Position numbers and translations under genes: made by a program. A stretch of DNA of 32,131 nucleotides, from the NCBI GenBank assembly GCA_947258635.1, contig CAMYJM010000008.1:1-32131 (forward strand). Reading direction: 5' to 3'. This DNA comes from an uncultured Acidimicrobiaceae bacterium (GTDB taxonomy: Bacteria > Actinomycetota > Acidimicrobiia > Spongiisociales > UBA5794). The notes beneath the pieces are model-generated. The model saw only the letters and a program-made list of their open reading frames with translations. It made no database searches and was not told where the DNA came from. This document shows positions 1-7,392 of the stretch, piece by piece (the first letter of the stretch is position 1; each line of letters opens with the position of its first letter).

Positions 1-382
1 GGGGCGCAAACCGCCGGTAGAGCGATCTCACCAGCCGTGAAGGATCGGCGTGGAAAGTCCCCACGAGCGGCCGGTCACTCCAACGCGCCGCCAGCGACAC
101 GAGAGGCATCAGCGGCTCATGAACGTGGACGACGTCGGCATCCGCCACCGCGGCTCGTACACCCCGGGCCACCAGAGGACTCAACTTGATGGGAGCCGTC
201 GAGTCGTTGACAACCCAGTTGCGCGAGCGGCCCAGTGAGCGCAGTGGCTGATCGGACTCACCCGGGGCGACCACCCAGGCGTCGTGGCCCCGCCCGCGCA
301 GCGTCGCCGCCATCAATGTCACCTGGTTCTGGACTCCCCCGAAGCGGCCGATGTCGTAGGGGCAAACGTGCGCGATCTTCAT
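1..382 (-). CDS. pimA: GT4 glycosyltransferase, phosphatidylinositol alpha-mannosyltransferase (PimA-like); N-terminal part only, gene runs off the left edge
   Basis: Absent from the ORF track because it is open at the edge. Hand translation of the minus strand from ATG at 382-380 gives MKIAHVCPYDIGRFGGVQNQVTLMAATLRGRGHDAWVVAP...DVVHVHEPLMPLVS...PLVGTFHAD. This parallels the mycobacterial PimA N-terminus (MRIGMVCPY..PGGVQSHV, HIHEP, ATFH). It starts 7 nt after the acyltransferase stop, the same order as Rv2612c-Rv2611c-Rv2610c. Confidence 0.8.
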   Translation of the reverse strand, partial: MKIAHVCPYDIGRFGGVQNQVTLMAATLRGRGHDAWVVAPGESDQPLRSLGRSRNWVVNDSTAPIKLSPLVARGVRAAVADADVVHVHEPLMPLVSLAARWSDRPLVGTFHADPSRLVRSLYRRFAP

Positions 383-389
383 TGCGCCG

Positions 390-1274
390 TCATCCCATGA
401 CCTCACGGTCACTGGGCCAGTTGGGCACGAACAGATGCCAATCCTGGGGTGCTTCGCGAATCAGGTCCTCGAGCACGGTCGCGAACGCCTGAGTGCCCGC
501 GGCTACTCGCGCCTCGCGTGAACCGGTTGTCGGGAGCTCGAGTGGTGGCTTGACGACGAAGCGGTGGCCCCCTCCTGCCACGAAGTAACACCCGACCGGC
601 AAGAGCACCGACCCGGTGCGCTCCGCCAGGGCGACGGGGCCCGCCGGCATCGTGGTCTCCTCCCCGAAGAACTCGACGGCGACACCACGGCCCGACACGT
701 CGCGGTCGGAGAGCAACGCGATTGTGCCCCCCTCCTTCAACCGTCTCGCCAGCGCGGCGGTGACGGAGCCCTTGCCCATGATCACGGTCTCGATGCCGAG
801 GTCGCGGCGTACCGCAACGAACCAGTCGACGATCTTCTCGTTGCTGAGACCCTCGGCGGCGGCCAGCACCGGGATTCCGATCGCTTCGGCCTTGGCCCCG
901 GCCGACTCCCAGTTGCCCATGTGGGGAAGCGCCAGAACGATGCCGGCGCCCTTCGCCACCGCCTGATGGATGAGTTCCTCGCCCTCGACGGTGCAGCCGG
1001 CCACGATCTGCGCCTTGCGGCGCGGCCGCGTCCAAAACACCTCCGCCCAATAACGCCCGTAGCTGGCAAACATGGCCTTGCCCAGTTCGACGACGTCACC
1101 GTCTCCGCCGACGACTCGGCCGAGATGGCGCTCCACCAGCCGGCGGCGCGATCTCGCGAGACGCCACGCCAGCTTGCCCACGGCTTCGCCGGAACGGCGC
1201 ATGGCCGGCTCGGGTAGCAACCCGAACAACCCGGAGAAGACCCGGTACACGAGGTAGAGAGGCCAATCACCCAT
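390..1274 (-). CDS. HtrB/LpxL-family lipid acyltransferase, PIM acyltransferase (PatA-like)
   Basis: Lies within ORF 390..1517. I start it at the internal ATG at 1274 (MGDWPLYLVYR), whose A is shared with the TGA of the upstream gene (TGATG overlap). It has an H-x4-E acyltransferase box in LPHMGNWES, plus LLSDRD and FFGEETTMPAGPVALA. Its position between pgsA1 and pimA matches the mycobacterial PIM operon. Confidence 0.8.
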   Translation of the reverse strand: MGDWPLYLVYRVFSGLFGLLPEPAMRRSGEAVGKLAWRLARSRRRLVERHLGRVVGGDGDVVELGKAMFASYGRYWAEVFWTRPRRKAQIVAGCTVEGEELIHQAVAKGAGIVLALPHMGNWESAGAKAEAIGIPVLAAAEGLSNEKIVDWFVAVRRDLGIETVIMGKGSVTAALARRLKEGGTIALLSDRDVSGRGVAVEFFGEETTMPAGPVALAERTGSVLLPVGCYFVAGGGHRFVVKPPLELPTTGSREARVAAGTQAFATVLEDLIREAPQDWHLFVPNWPSDREVMG

Positions 1275-1858
1275 CAGTCGAGCTGGCGCCAGGTATTCCT
1301 GATCCGCTGGGCCACGGTGAAGGTGGTGAGCGTGATGAAGATCCACAACATCGGGTGCAGCACGGGCAAACCAAGGCCGGATAGACCGACGCCGAGCAAC
1401 ACCAGGATCACTCGCTCGGCGCGACCCATCCAGCCGCCGCGGCCCTCGGCCCCCCAACTCTCGGCCTTGGATCGAACGTAGGGAATGAGCAGCGAAGTGG
1501 TCAACGCGAACACACACAACATCAGACCCGTTTCGTCAGAGCGCAAACTGAACGCCAGGCCGGCGAGAACTGCCACCTCTCCGAAACGGTCGGACATGGT
1601 GTCGATGAAGGCACCTTTGTCGGACGCGGTCCCCTGCATGCGCGCCAGAGCCCCGTCCAGTGTGTCCAGCAGCGACCCGGCCCCGGACACGGAGGCCCCG
1701 GCCACGTAGCGTCCGGACGCGATGAGGACTCCCCCAACGATCGTGACGAGGAGTCCGAGCACGGTGACGATCGTCGGCGTGAGTCGCATCTTCCCGAGTA
1801 GCGATGCGATCGGGTCGAGTATCGGCGCCAGCCGAGATCGACCCCTGAGATCCAGCAA
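1274..1858 (-). CDS. pgsA: CDP-alcohol phosphatidyltransferase, phosphatidylinositol-phosphate synthase type
   Basis: The signature D-G-x2-A-R-x8-G-x3-D-x3-D is present as DGALARMQGTASDKGAFIDTMSD. The protein is polytopic and hydrophobic. TTG start at 1858 with AAGGAG 5 nt upstream. First gene of the PIM operon order. Confidence 0.85.
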   Translation of the reverse strand: MLDLRGRSRLAPILDPIASLLGKMRLTPTIVTVLGLLVTIVGGVLIASGRYVAGASVSGAGSLLDTLDGALARMQGTASDKGAFIDTMSDRFGEVAVLAGLAFSLRSDETGLMLCVFALTTSLLIPYVRSKAESWGAEGRGGWMGRAERVILVLLGVGLSGLGLPVLHPMLWIFITLTTFTVAQRIRNTWRQLD

Positions 1859-1985
1859 TTGGTCTCCTTCCCGGGCAAAAAACTACCACGGCCCTGACAC
1901 CCTATACCGCTCGCTACACTCGTCAGGCAGCAGCTCACCGGCCAGCTCCGGGAAGGCGGTGCCACTAGAGGAGGATCCAGAAGCG

Positions 1986-3290
1986 ATGACAGATAGCTCT
2001 TCCCCGACGAACGCAAAGATACCGGTCGGCGACTCAGAGCTCGAGCTCCCGACGTGGGCAGCGTCCATAGGCACCCCCGCCGTAGACATCTCGAAGCTGC
2101 TGCAGAGTTTGGGGGTCGTCACCTACGACCCGGGTTTCGCCAACACGGCGAGCACCCGAACCTCGATCACCTATGTCGATGGCGCCCAGGGCACCCTGCG
2201 ACATCGCGGTTACGCGATTGAGGATCTCGCCGCGAGCTGCACCTTCCTCGAAGTCGCCTACTTGCTGCTCTTCGGTGACTTGCCGAACCAAAGAGAGCTC
2301 GACGAGTGGACCGGCACGATCAAGATGCACACGCTGCTCAGCGAGGAGATGAAGCGCTTCTTCGATGCTTTCCCGCGCTCGGCGCACCCGATGGCGATCC
2401 TGTCGTCGGCAACAAATGCGATCTCGGCCTTCTACGAGGCCTACTACGACCCCAAGAGCGCTGAAGCGATCAAGCAAAGCACCATCCGGCTCATCGCCAA
2501 GATGCCGACCATTGCGTCCTGGGCCTACAAGAAGTCCATCAGCCAGCCCTACATCTACCCGCGCAACAACCTGACCTACGTCGAGAACTTCCTCAACATG
2601 ATGTTCGGCCTGCCGGTTGAAGAAACCGAGATCGATCCGCTGATCGTCAAGGCACTCAACGTGCTGCTGATCCTCCACGCCGACCACGGGCAGAACCAGT
2701 CAACCGCGACCGTACGCTTCGTCGGCTCGAGCCACGCCAACCTCTTCGCCTCGGTTTCGGCCGGGATGAACGCTCTGTGGGGCCCGCTGCACGGCGGCGC
2801 CAATCAAGCCGTGGTCGAGATGCTGTCTGCGATTCACGACGACCCGGAGATGACCGTCGATAGAGCCGTTGCCCGGGCCAAGGACCCCGACGATGAGTTC
2901 CGCCTGATGGGGTTCGGGCATCGTGTTTACAAGAACTTCGACCCACGGGCGTTGATCCTCAGGACGTTCGCCGACGACGTCTTGGCGAGGATGGGCAAAG
3001 ATGACCCGCTGCTCGAAATCGCCAAGAAACTCGCGATAGTCGCCCGTGAGGACGAGTACTTCGTGAGCCGCAACCTCTACCCGAACGTCGACTTCTATTC
3101 CGGCATCATCTTCAGGGCGCTGGGGTTTCCGACGCGGATGTTCACCGTGCTCTTCGCTATCGGCCGGCTGCCCGGCTGGATCGCCAACTGGATCGAGATG
3201 CACGACGACCCCGCCACCCGAATCGGACGCCCCCGCCAGGTCTACGAGGGAGTCGTGAGCCGGGAGTTCAAGCCGATCGCAGAACGGTAG
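1986..3290 (+). CDS. gltA: citrate synthase
   Basis: 434 aa from ATG 1986, with GAGGAGGA about 10 nt upstream. The ORF-track start at 1722 would overlap pgsA. Citrate synthase catalytic contexts are present: LHADHGQNQSTATVR, GFGHRVYKNFDPRA, YPNVDFYSGII. Confidence 0.95.
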   Translation: MTDSSSPTNAKIPVGDSELELPTWAASIGTPAVDISKLLQSLGVVTYDPGFANTASTRTSITYVDGAQGTLRHRGYAIEDLAASCTFLEVAYLLLFGDLPNQRELDEWTGTIKMHTLLSEEMKRFFDAFPRSAHPMAILSSATNAISAFYEAYYDPKSAEAIKQSTIRLIAKMPTIASWAYKKSISQPYIYPRNNLTYVENFLNMMFGLPVEETEIDPLIVKALNVLLILHADHGQNQSTATVRFVGSSHANLFASVSAGMNALWGPLHGGANQAVVEMLSAIHDDPEMTVDRAVARAKDPDDEFRLMGFGHRVYKNFDPRALILRTFADDVLARMGKDDPLLEIAKKLAIVAREDEYFVSRNLYPNVDFYSGIIFRALGFPTRMFTVLFAIGRLPGWIANWIEMHDDPATRIGRPRQVYEGVVSREFKPIAER

Positions 3291-3294
3291 GAGT

Positions 3295-3318
3295 TCGATC
3301 AAATCGTGATTTGATCGA
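3295..3318. terminator. AT-rich perfect hairpin at the convergent gene junction; candidate bidirectional terminator
   Basis: TCGATCAAATC-GT-GATTTGATCGA forms 11 complementary bp with a 2-nt centre. It starts 5 nt after the gltA stop and overlaps the last codons and stop of the minus-strand gene. It is strikingly AT-rich for this genome. No clear U-tract on either side. Confidence 0.45.
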
Positions 3319-3835
3319 TATCTTCCACGTAGCTCCCGACCACTTCGCCGGTGATCCCGTCCACCCGGACCAGGCCGCGTTGAGATGGTGGGTCGTCTGC
3401 GGAGAACATGAGGACGTTCCAGATCGGGCGAGCCCGCCAACCCTGGAAGTTGAGGGCGGCCGAAGCGTGCCCGGCGGGAAACTCGGCGTGGCGGTTGGCG
3501 ATCTCGAGGGCGGCGCCGTCCATGACCATCAAATCCCAGCCACCGAGCCAGTGGTAGCCGGCGATGGCGATGAACAGTGTGGCCAACAACCACATACCAT
3601 CGGGCAGCCCCAGCACGATCCCGACGGCGGTGATGACAGCGGCCGCCAGGTACACCGCTCCGGCCCGGCGTCGTTGCCTGGTGTTGGGCACCGCGTACGG
3701 CTCGAGGACGAGCGATTGGAGATCGTCCGGAACCGCGGCGGCCTCGGCAACGTCACGGGATATCTCGATGCGGCGCGGCTGTGGCTCGTCGTTGACCATA
3801 CGGCGCGACATTAGCCCCCGTGGGGCGCTGAGCAT
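3299..3835 (-). CDS. hypothetical membrane protein (two TM helices followed by a soluble domain of about 85 aa)
   Basis: 178-aa ORF. Hydrophobic spans are AVYLAAAVITAVGIVLGL and MWLLATLFIAIAGYHWLGGW. The 2TM-plus-small-domain layout recalls bacterial PH-like (YdbS/T) proteins, but I recognise no motif. The start is uncertain: ATGs at 3835, 3811 and 3799. Confidence 0.6.
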   Translation of the reverse strand: MLSAPRGLMSRRMVNDEPQPRRIEISRDVAEAAAVPDDLQSLVLEPYAVPNTRQRRRAGAVYLAAAVITAVGIVLGLPDGMWLLATLFIAIAGYHWLGGWDLMVMDGAALEIANRHAEFPAGHASAALNFQGWRARPIWNVLMFSADDPPSQRGLVRVDGITGEVVGSYVEDIDQITI

Positions 3836-3985
3836 CCTGCAGCCGAGGTTGCCCAGGGCCGCCGGGGAACGCTTAGCCGCGGCACTCCGGGCGATCGAAC
3901 TTGTGTCCCCATGGCGTTCGCGTAGTCTCTAGCGGGCCGCGGCGGGCGTCCCGGCCTCATTGGTTTCATTCGAAGGGTCCTTCCT

Positions 3986-6757
3986 GTGAAGTGGTTCGTC
4001 AGTTTCATGTCCGGTCTGGTGAGACGTTCTCCTTGGGGAGTGCTTGCGGGAGCGATCGCCGTGACCCTCTTTTTCGGCTACTTCATTCAGTATCAAGAGA
4101 CGGCAATGGGCAACGAGGGCTTCTCCCCCGATTCGCCGGAGTTCCTCGCCCTGGACGTCATCGCCGACTACTTCTCGGACAACTCGGAAGAGCCCGTACA
4201 GATCGTGATGACGGCCCGGAACGGTGATCTGCTGACAGCAGCCGGGCTGACGGACTACCTGGCGGTGCAGGACGCAATTCGCCAGAGCGACGTGGCGGAT
4301 CTCCTCGCCGGACGGGTCGGAGGCGACATCGTCGGTTACATGGACCCGGTGGTTCAGGCGCTGTCGTTCCGGGCTACCGAGATGGGGATCCCCTTCGAGA
4401 CGATCGTCGCCAACGTCACCGATGCCAACGTCAAGGAGGCCTTCACGCAGGGAGTCGCCGCCCTGCCACCCGAAATATCCGGGCTGTTCACCGGCCTGTT
4501 CGGAGCGAGCTCATATATCGACCAGGTCACCGCCGCCACGGGGTTGATCGTCGTGTTCCTCAACGTCGCCGACCTCGACGACCCGGATCTGACGATCCTG
4601 CAGGCCAAAGAGGTCGACATGGCCGAATCGATCGCCGCGGTCGAGACGACGGCCAGCGATGCGGCCGCCTTCTCGTTCGCTCTCCTGTTCGCCAACGCCG
4701 ATGAGTTCCAGTCCGAGATCGGCCGCCTCTTCGGCACGGCCTTCGGGATCATCGTCTTGATCCTGCTGTTCGTCTACTGGACTCGCAAGCACGCGTCGGG
4801 CTACTACGGCCGTTCCCGCGAATGGCCGGGCGCCGTCCGCAACGGTGCCATCGTGGGCGCGGCCGTGGCGGCGTCACTCGCCTTGATACTGGCGCTCGCT
4901 TCCGCCGACCCGGCAGCTTGGGCCGTGGTCCCGGTCGTCTTCGTCGTGGTCACGGCGTTGGCGGCAACGTGGGCGCGGTTCGCCCGCTGGCGCCGTTCGT
5001 GGGCCGACATGGGTCTCACGATGCTCGTCATCATCATGTCCATCTCGTGGATGAACGGCATCGGCGTCCTGCTCGGGCCGAAGTACCTCGGCCTGATCGG
5101 CAACTTCAACGAGATACTCCAGATCATCCCGATTCTGTTGATCGGGCTCGGCGTCGACTACGCCATCCACACGACGAGCAGGTACCGCGAGGAGCTCGGC
5201 GAGGGCCGCGCGGTCAAACAGTCGGCGAGCCGGGCCACACGGACGGTCGGGATCGCTCTGGTCCTGGCAACGGTGACTACCTCAATCGGGTTCCTGACGA
5301 ACGCGTTCAATCCGATCACGGCCATAGCCGACTTTGGCATCCTCGCCGCAGTGGGGATCACGTCGGCCTTCGTGCTCATGCTGACGGTGGTGCCGTCGGT
5401 CCGCGTGCTCCTCGACGGGAGTGCCGAATCCGCCGGGACCTTGGCGACGGCCGCGTTCGGTCACCAGGGCGACCGCGTCCTCCCCCGGCTCATGGGCGCT
5501 ACCTCGGTGCTGGCGGAACGGTTCGCGTTCACGACGCTCATCATCGCCGGCGTGCTGGCCGGGCTCGGCGTGTACGGATTCACCGAGCTCAATACCGAGT
5601 TCAGCTTCACCGACTTCCTGCCGGAGGACGCTCCGGCTCTCGAGACGTTCAACACCATCACCGACGAGTTCGGAGGCGGGTTCGGCGAGGAGACGGAGGT
5701 CATCATTGAAGGTGACGTGGCGACTCCCGCGATCCACAACGCCCTCGCCGCGAGCTGGGCGGCTCTCGGCCAGGTCGACAATGTCGTCCAGTTCGGCCCC
5801 CGCGCCGCCGCCGAGTCCCCGCTCTCCGTCATCGCCCAGTTGGTCGCCCCTCCCGACCAGGGCGGTGACCTGGAAACCTTCAACCCTGAGTTCGCCCAAC
5901 AGGCGTTCGCCGCCGGCTTGCAGCCGGACCTCACCGTTACCCCCGACACCGACGTTGCCACGCTGTACCGGGAGGCGCTGGCCGCGTCACCGGACGCCAT
6001 GCGCCGAGTCATCGCCGAGGTGGAAGGCGAGTTCCGCTACCTCGACGTGGGGGTCTCCACCCAGGCCGGAGAGTTTGGCGCGCTGGCGCTGCGCGACGAT
6101 CTCGTCGATGCCTTTGCCCCGGTCCGTGAGGCGGGAGCGACAACGGTCGCCACGAATCAGAACATCATCAGCCAGGGTGTGGCCAAGGAGCTTCAGGACT
6201 CGCAGCTCGGTTCGCTCGGCCTGACCGTTCTCGTTGCCGGGATCATCCTGGTCATCAACTTCTGGTACGAGTCGCGCCGGCCGTTCCTCGGTGTCATCAC
6301 GATCATCCCCGTCATCTTGATCGTCTTGCTGGTGTTCGGCGTGATGGCGGCCCGCGGGATTCCCTTCAACCCGGTGACGGCGATGATCGCCAACCTCGCC
6401 ATCGGAATCGGCGTCCCCTACACGATTCACATCACCCACCGATACCAGGAGGACCGGCTCCGCCACGACACGCCTGAGGATGCAATCAAGTCCACCACGA
6501 CGCACACCGGCGGTGCGCTGGCCGGTTCGGCATTCACGACCGCGGCGGGATTCGGGATCCTCATGACATCGACTCTGAAGCCGTTCCAGCAGTTTGGCGA
6601 GGTGACGTTCTGGGCCATAATCGTCGCTCTCATCGGATCGGTGCTGGTGTTGCCGTCGCTGCTCGTCCTCTGGGATCGGTGGCACGGCAGGCGAGGCCAC
6701 GAAATCGTCGATTCGGCGGCCGTGCGCGACATCCTGGAGACCGTGCCCGGAGGCTGA
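3986..6757 (+). CDS. RND-superfamily exporter, MMPL/COG1033 type (paralog 1)
   Basis: 923 aa, GTG start with GAAGGG 8 nt upstream. The architecture is duplicated. One TM, a soluble loop of about 210 aa, and a TM bundle with GLGVDYAIHTTSRY. Then a second TM, another loop of about 210 aa, and a TM bundle with GIGVPYTIHITHRY and THTGGALAGSAFTTAAGFG. Confidence 0.85.
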   Translation: MKWFVSFMSGLVRRSPWGVLAGAIAVTLFFGYFIQYQETAMGNEGFSPDSPEFLALDVIADYFSDNSEEPVQIVMTARNGDLLTAAGLTDYLAVQDAIRQSDVADLLAGRVGGDIVGYMDPVVQALSFRATEMGIPFETIVANVTDANVKEAFTQGVAALPPEISGLFTGLFGASSYIDQVTAATGLIVVFLNVADLDDPDLTILQAKEVDMAESIAAVETTASDAAAFSFALLFANADEFQSEIGRLFGTAFGIIVLILLFVYWTRKHASGYYGRSREWPGAVRNGAIVGAAVAASLALILALASADPAAWAVVPVVFVVVTALAATWARFARWRRSWADMGLTMLVIIMSISWMNGIGVLLGPKYLGLIGNFNEILQIIPILLIGLGVDYAIHTTSRYREELGEGRAVKQSASRATRTVGIALVLATVTTSIGFLTNAFNPITAIADFGILAAVGITSAFVLMLTVVPSVRVLLDGSAESAGTLATAAFGHQGDRVLPRLMGATSVLAERFAFTTLIIAGVLAGLGVYGFTELNTEFSFTDFLPEDAPALETFNTITDEFGGGFGEETEVIIEGDVATPAIHNALAASWAALGQVDNVVQFGPRAAAESPLSVIAQLVAPPDQGGDLETFNPEFAQQAFAAGLQPDLTVTPDTDVATLYREALAASPDAMRRVIAEVEGEFRYLDVGVSTQAGEFGALALRDDLVDAFAPVREAGATTVATNQNIISQGVAKELQDSQLGSLGLTVLVAGIILVINFWYESRRPFLGVITIIPVILIVLLVFGVMAARGIPFNPVTAMIANLAIGIGVPYTIHITHRYQEDRLRHDTPEDAIKSTTTHTGGALAGSAFTTAAGFGILMTSTLKPFQQFGEVTFWAIIVALIGSVLVLPSLLVLWDRWHGRRGHEIVDSAAVRDILETVPGG

Positions 6758-6895
6758 TCCCGTCGAACACGGGAAGGGCCTGGGCTGCAGGTCAGGGCGG
6801 TTGGGGGACAGCCCCGCTGTTGCTACGGAGCGCTGATCCGTGGAGTCTCGCCTCCGGTTCCCGGCTCGGAGGCGAAGTCTCGCGCCAGCTCCTGG

Positions 6896-7309
6896 GTGAC
6901 CGGGCTGCTGGTGGCATTGAGCGTCGCTTCGGTAGTAGTGACCGTGCTGGCGATCCCGCGCGGATCGGCTACCGAGCGGGCTGCCGAAGCGGCTGGCATT
7001 CAGATCGAGATCGTGGCTGCGTTCGAGTCTGCCGGAGTGGCGCCGGAGGATCTGGAGCTAAGCAGCTTCGAGGAGCTGTGTTATCTGTTGCTTCCAGACC
7101 CATGGAGAGGGACCCGCTCCTCCATCCGACTGAATACCTATGCCGCCGTGGAGGCAGCCGATGTCATTGCCGCCTTGGGTGTCAAAACTAGGTACGGTGG
7201 TACTCGAGTCTATGTCAAAGGTGCCACTGCGGAACACGTCGTCGCGTTCAGCATCACCGGTATCCGAAGTGTTGCGGTCGCTTCACATACCGGCTGCCAC
7301 GCCGAGTGA
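6896..7309 (+). CDS. hypothetical small single-pass membrane or secreted protein
   Basis: 137-aa ORF with a GTG start and no convincing SD. N-terminal hydrophobic anchor LLVALSVASVVVTVLAI. GC3 is about 66% by my count, against roughly 80% in the neighbours, so coding status is uncertain. Confidence 0.35.
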   Translation: MTGLLVALSVASVVVTVLAIPRGSATERAAEAAGIQIEIVAAFESAGVAPEDLELSSFEELCYLLLPDPWRGTRSSIRLNTYAAVEAADVIAALGVKTRYGGTRVYVKGATAEHVVAFSITGIRSVAVASHTGCHAE

Positions 7310-7392
7310 TGCAACCGCGTGGCGTCGTCGCCCGCGGGGGTTGGGTTCTCAGATAGGGCGCGAGATGCCGTGCCCGGGTACACCGCGCAATG

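Noticed and set aside
50-492. Plus-strand ORFs 50-238 and 235-492 at the left edge
   Set aside because: They are antisense to the clearly recognisable PimA N-terminal coding region and encode Arg/Pro-rich products.
1275-1517. 81-codon N-terminal extension of the acyltransferase ORF
   Set aside because: It overlaps the 3' end of pgsA in another frame. The internal ATG at 1274 gives the classic TGATG stop/start coupling and a normal-length protein.
1894-1920. Sigma-70-like promoter for gltA (CTGACA, 15 nt, TACACT)
   Set aside because: The hexamers are plausible, but the 15-nt spacer is short and I cannot verify the TSS. The evidence is not strong enough to list it as a feature.
6896-7309. Calling the small ORF between the transporters an MmpS homolog
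   Set aside because: Only size and single-pass topology match. I see no sequence similarity to mycobacterial MmpS proteins. The gene is downstream of and convergent with the transporters, not upstream in an operon as mmpS genes are.
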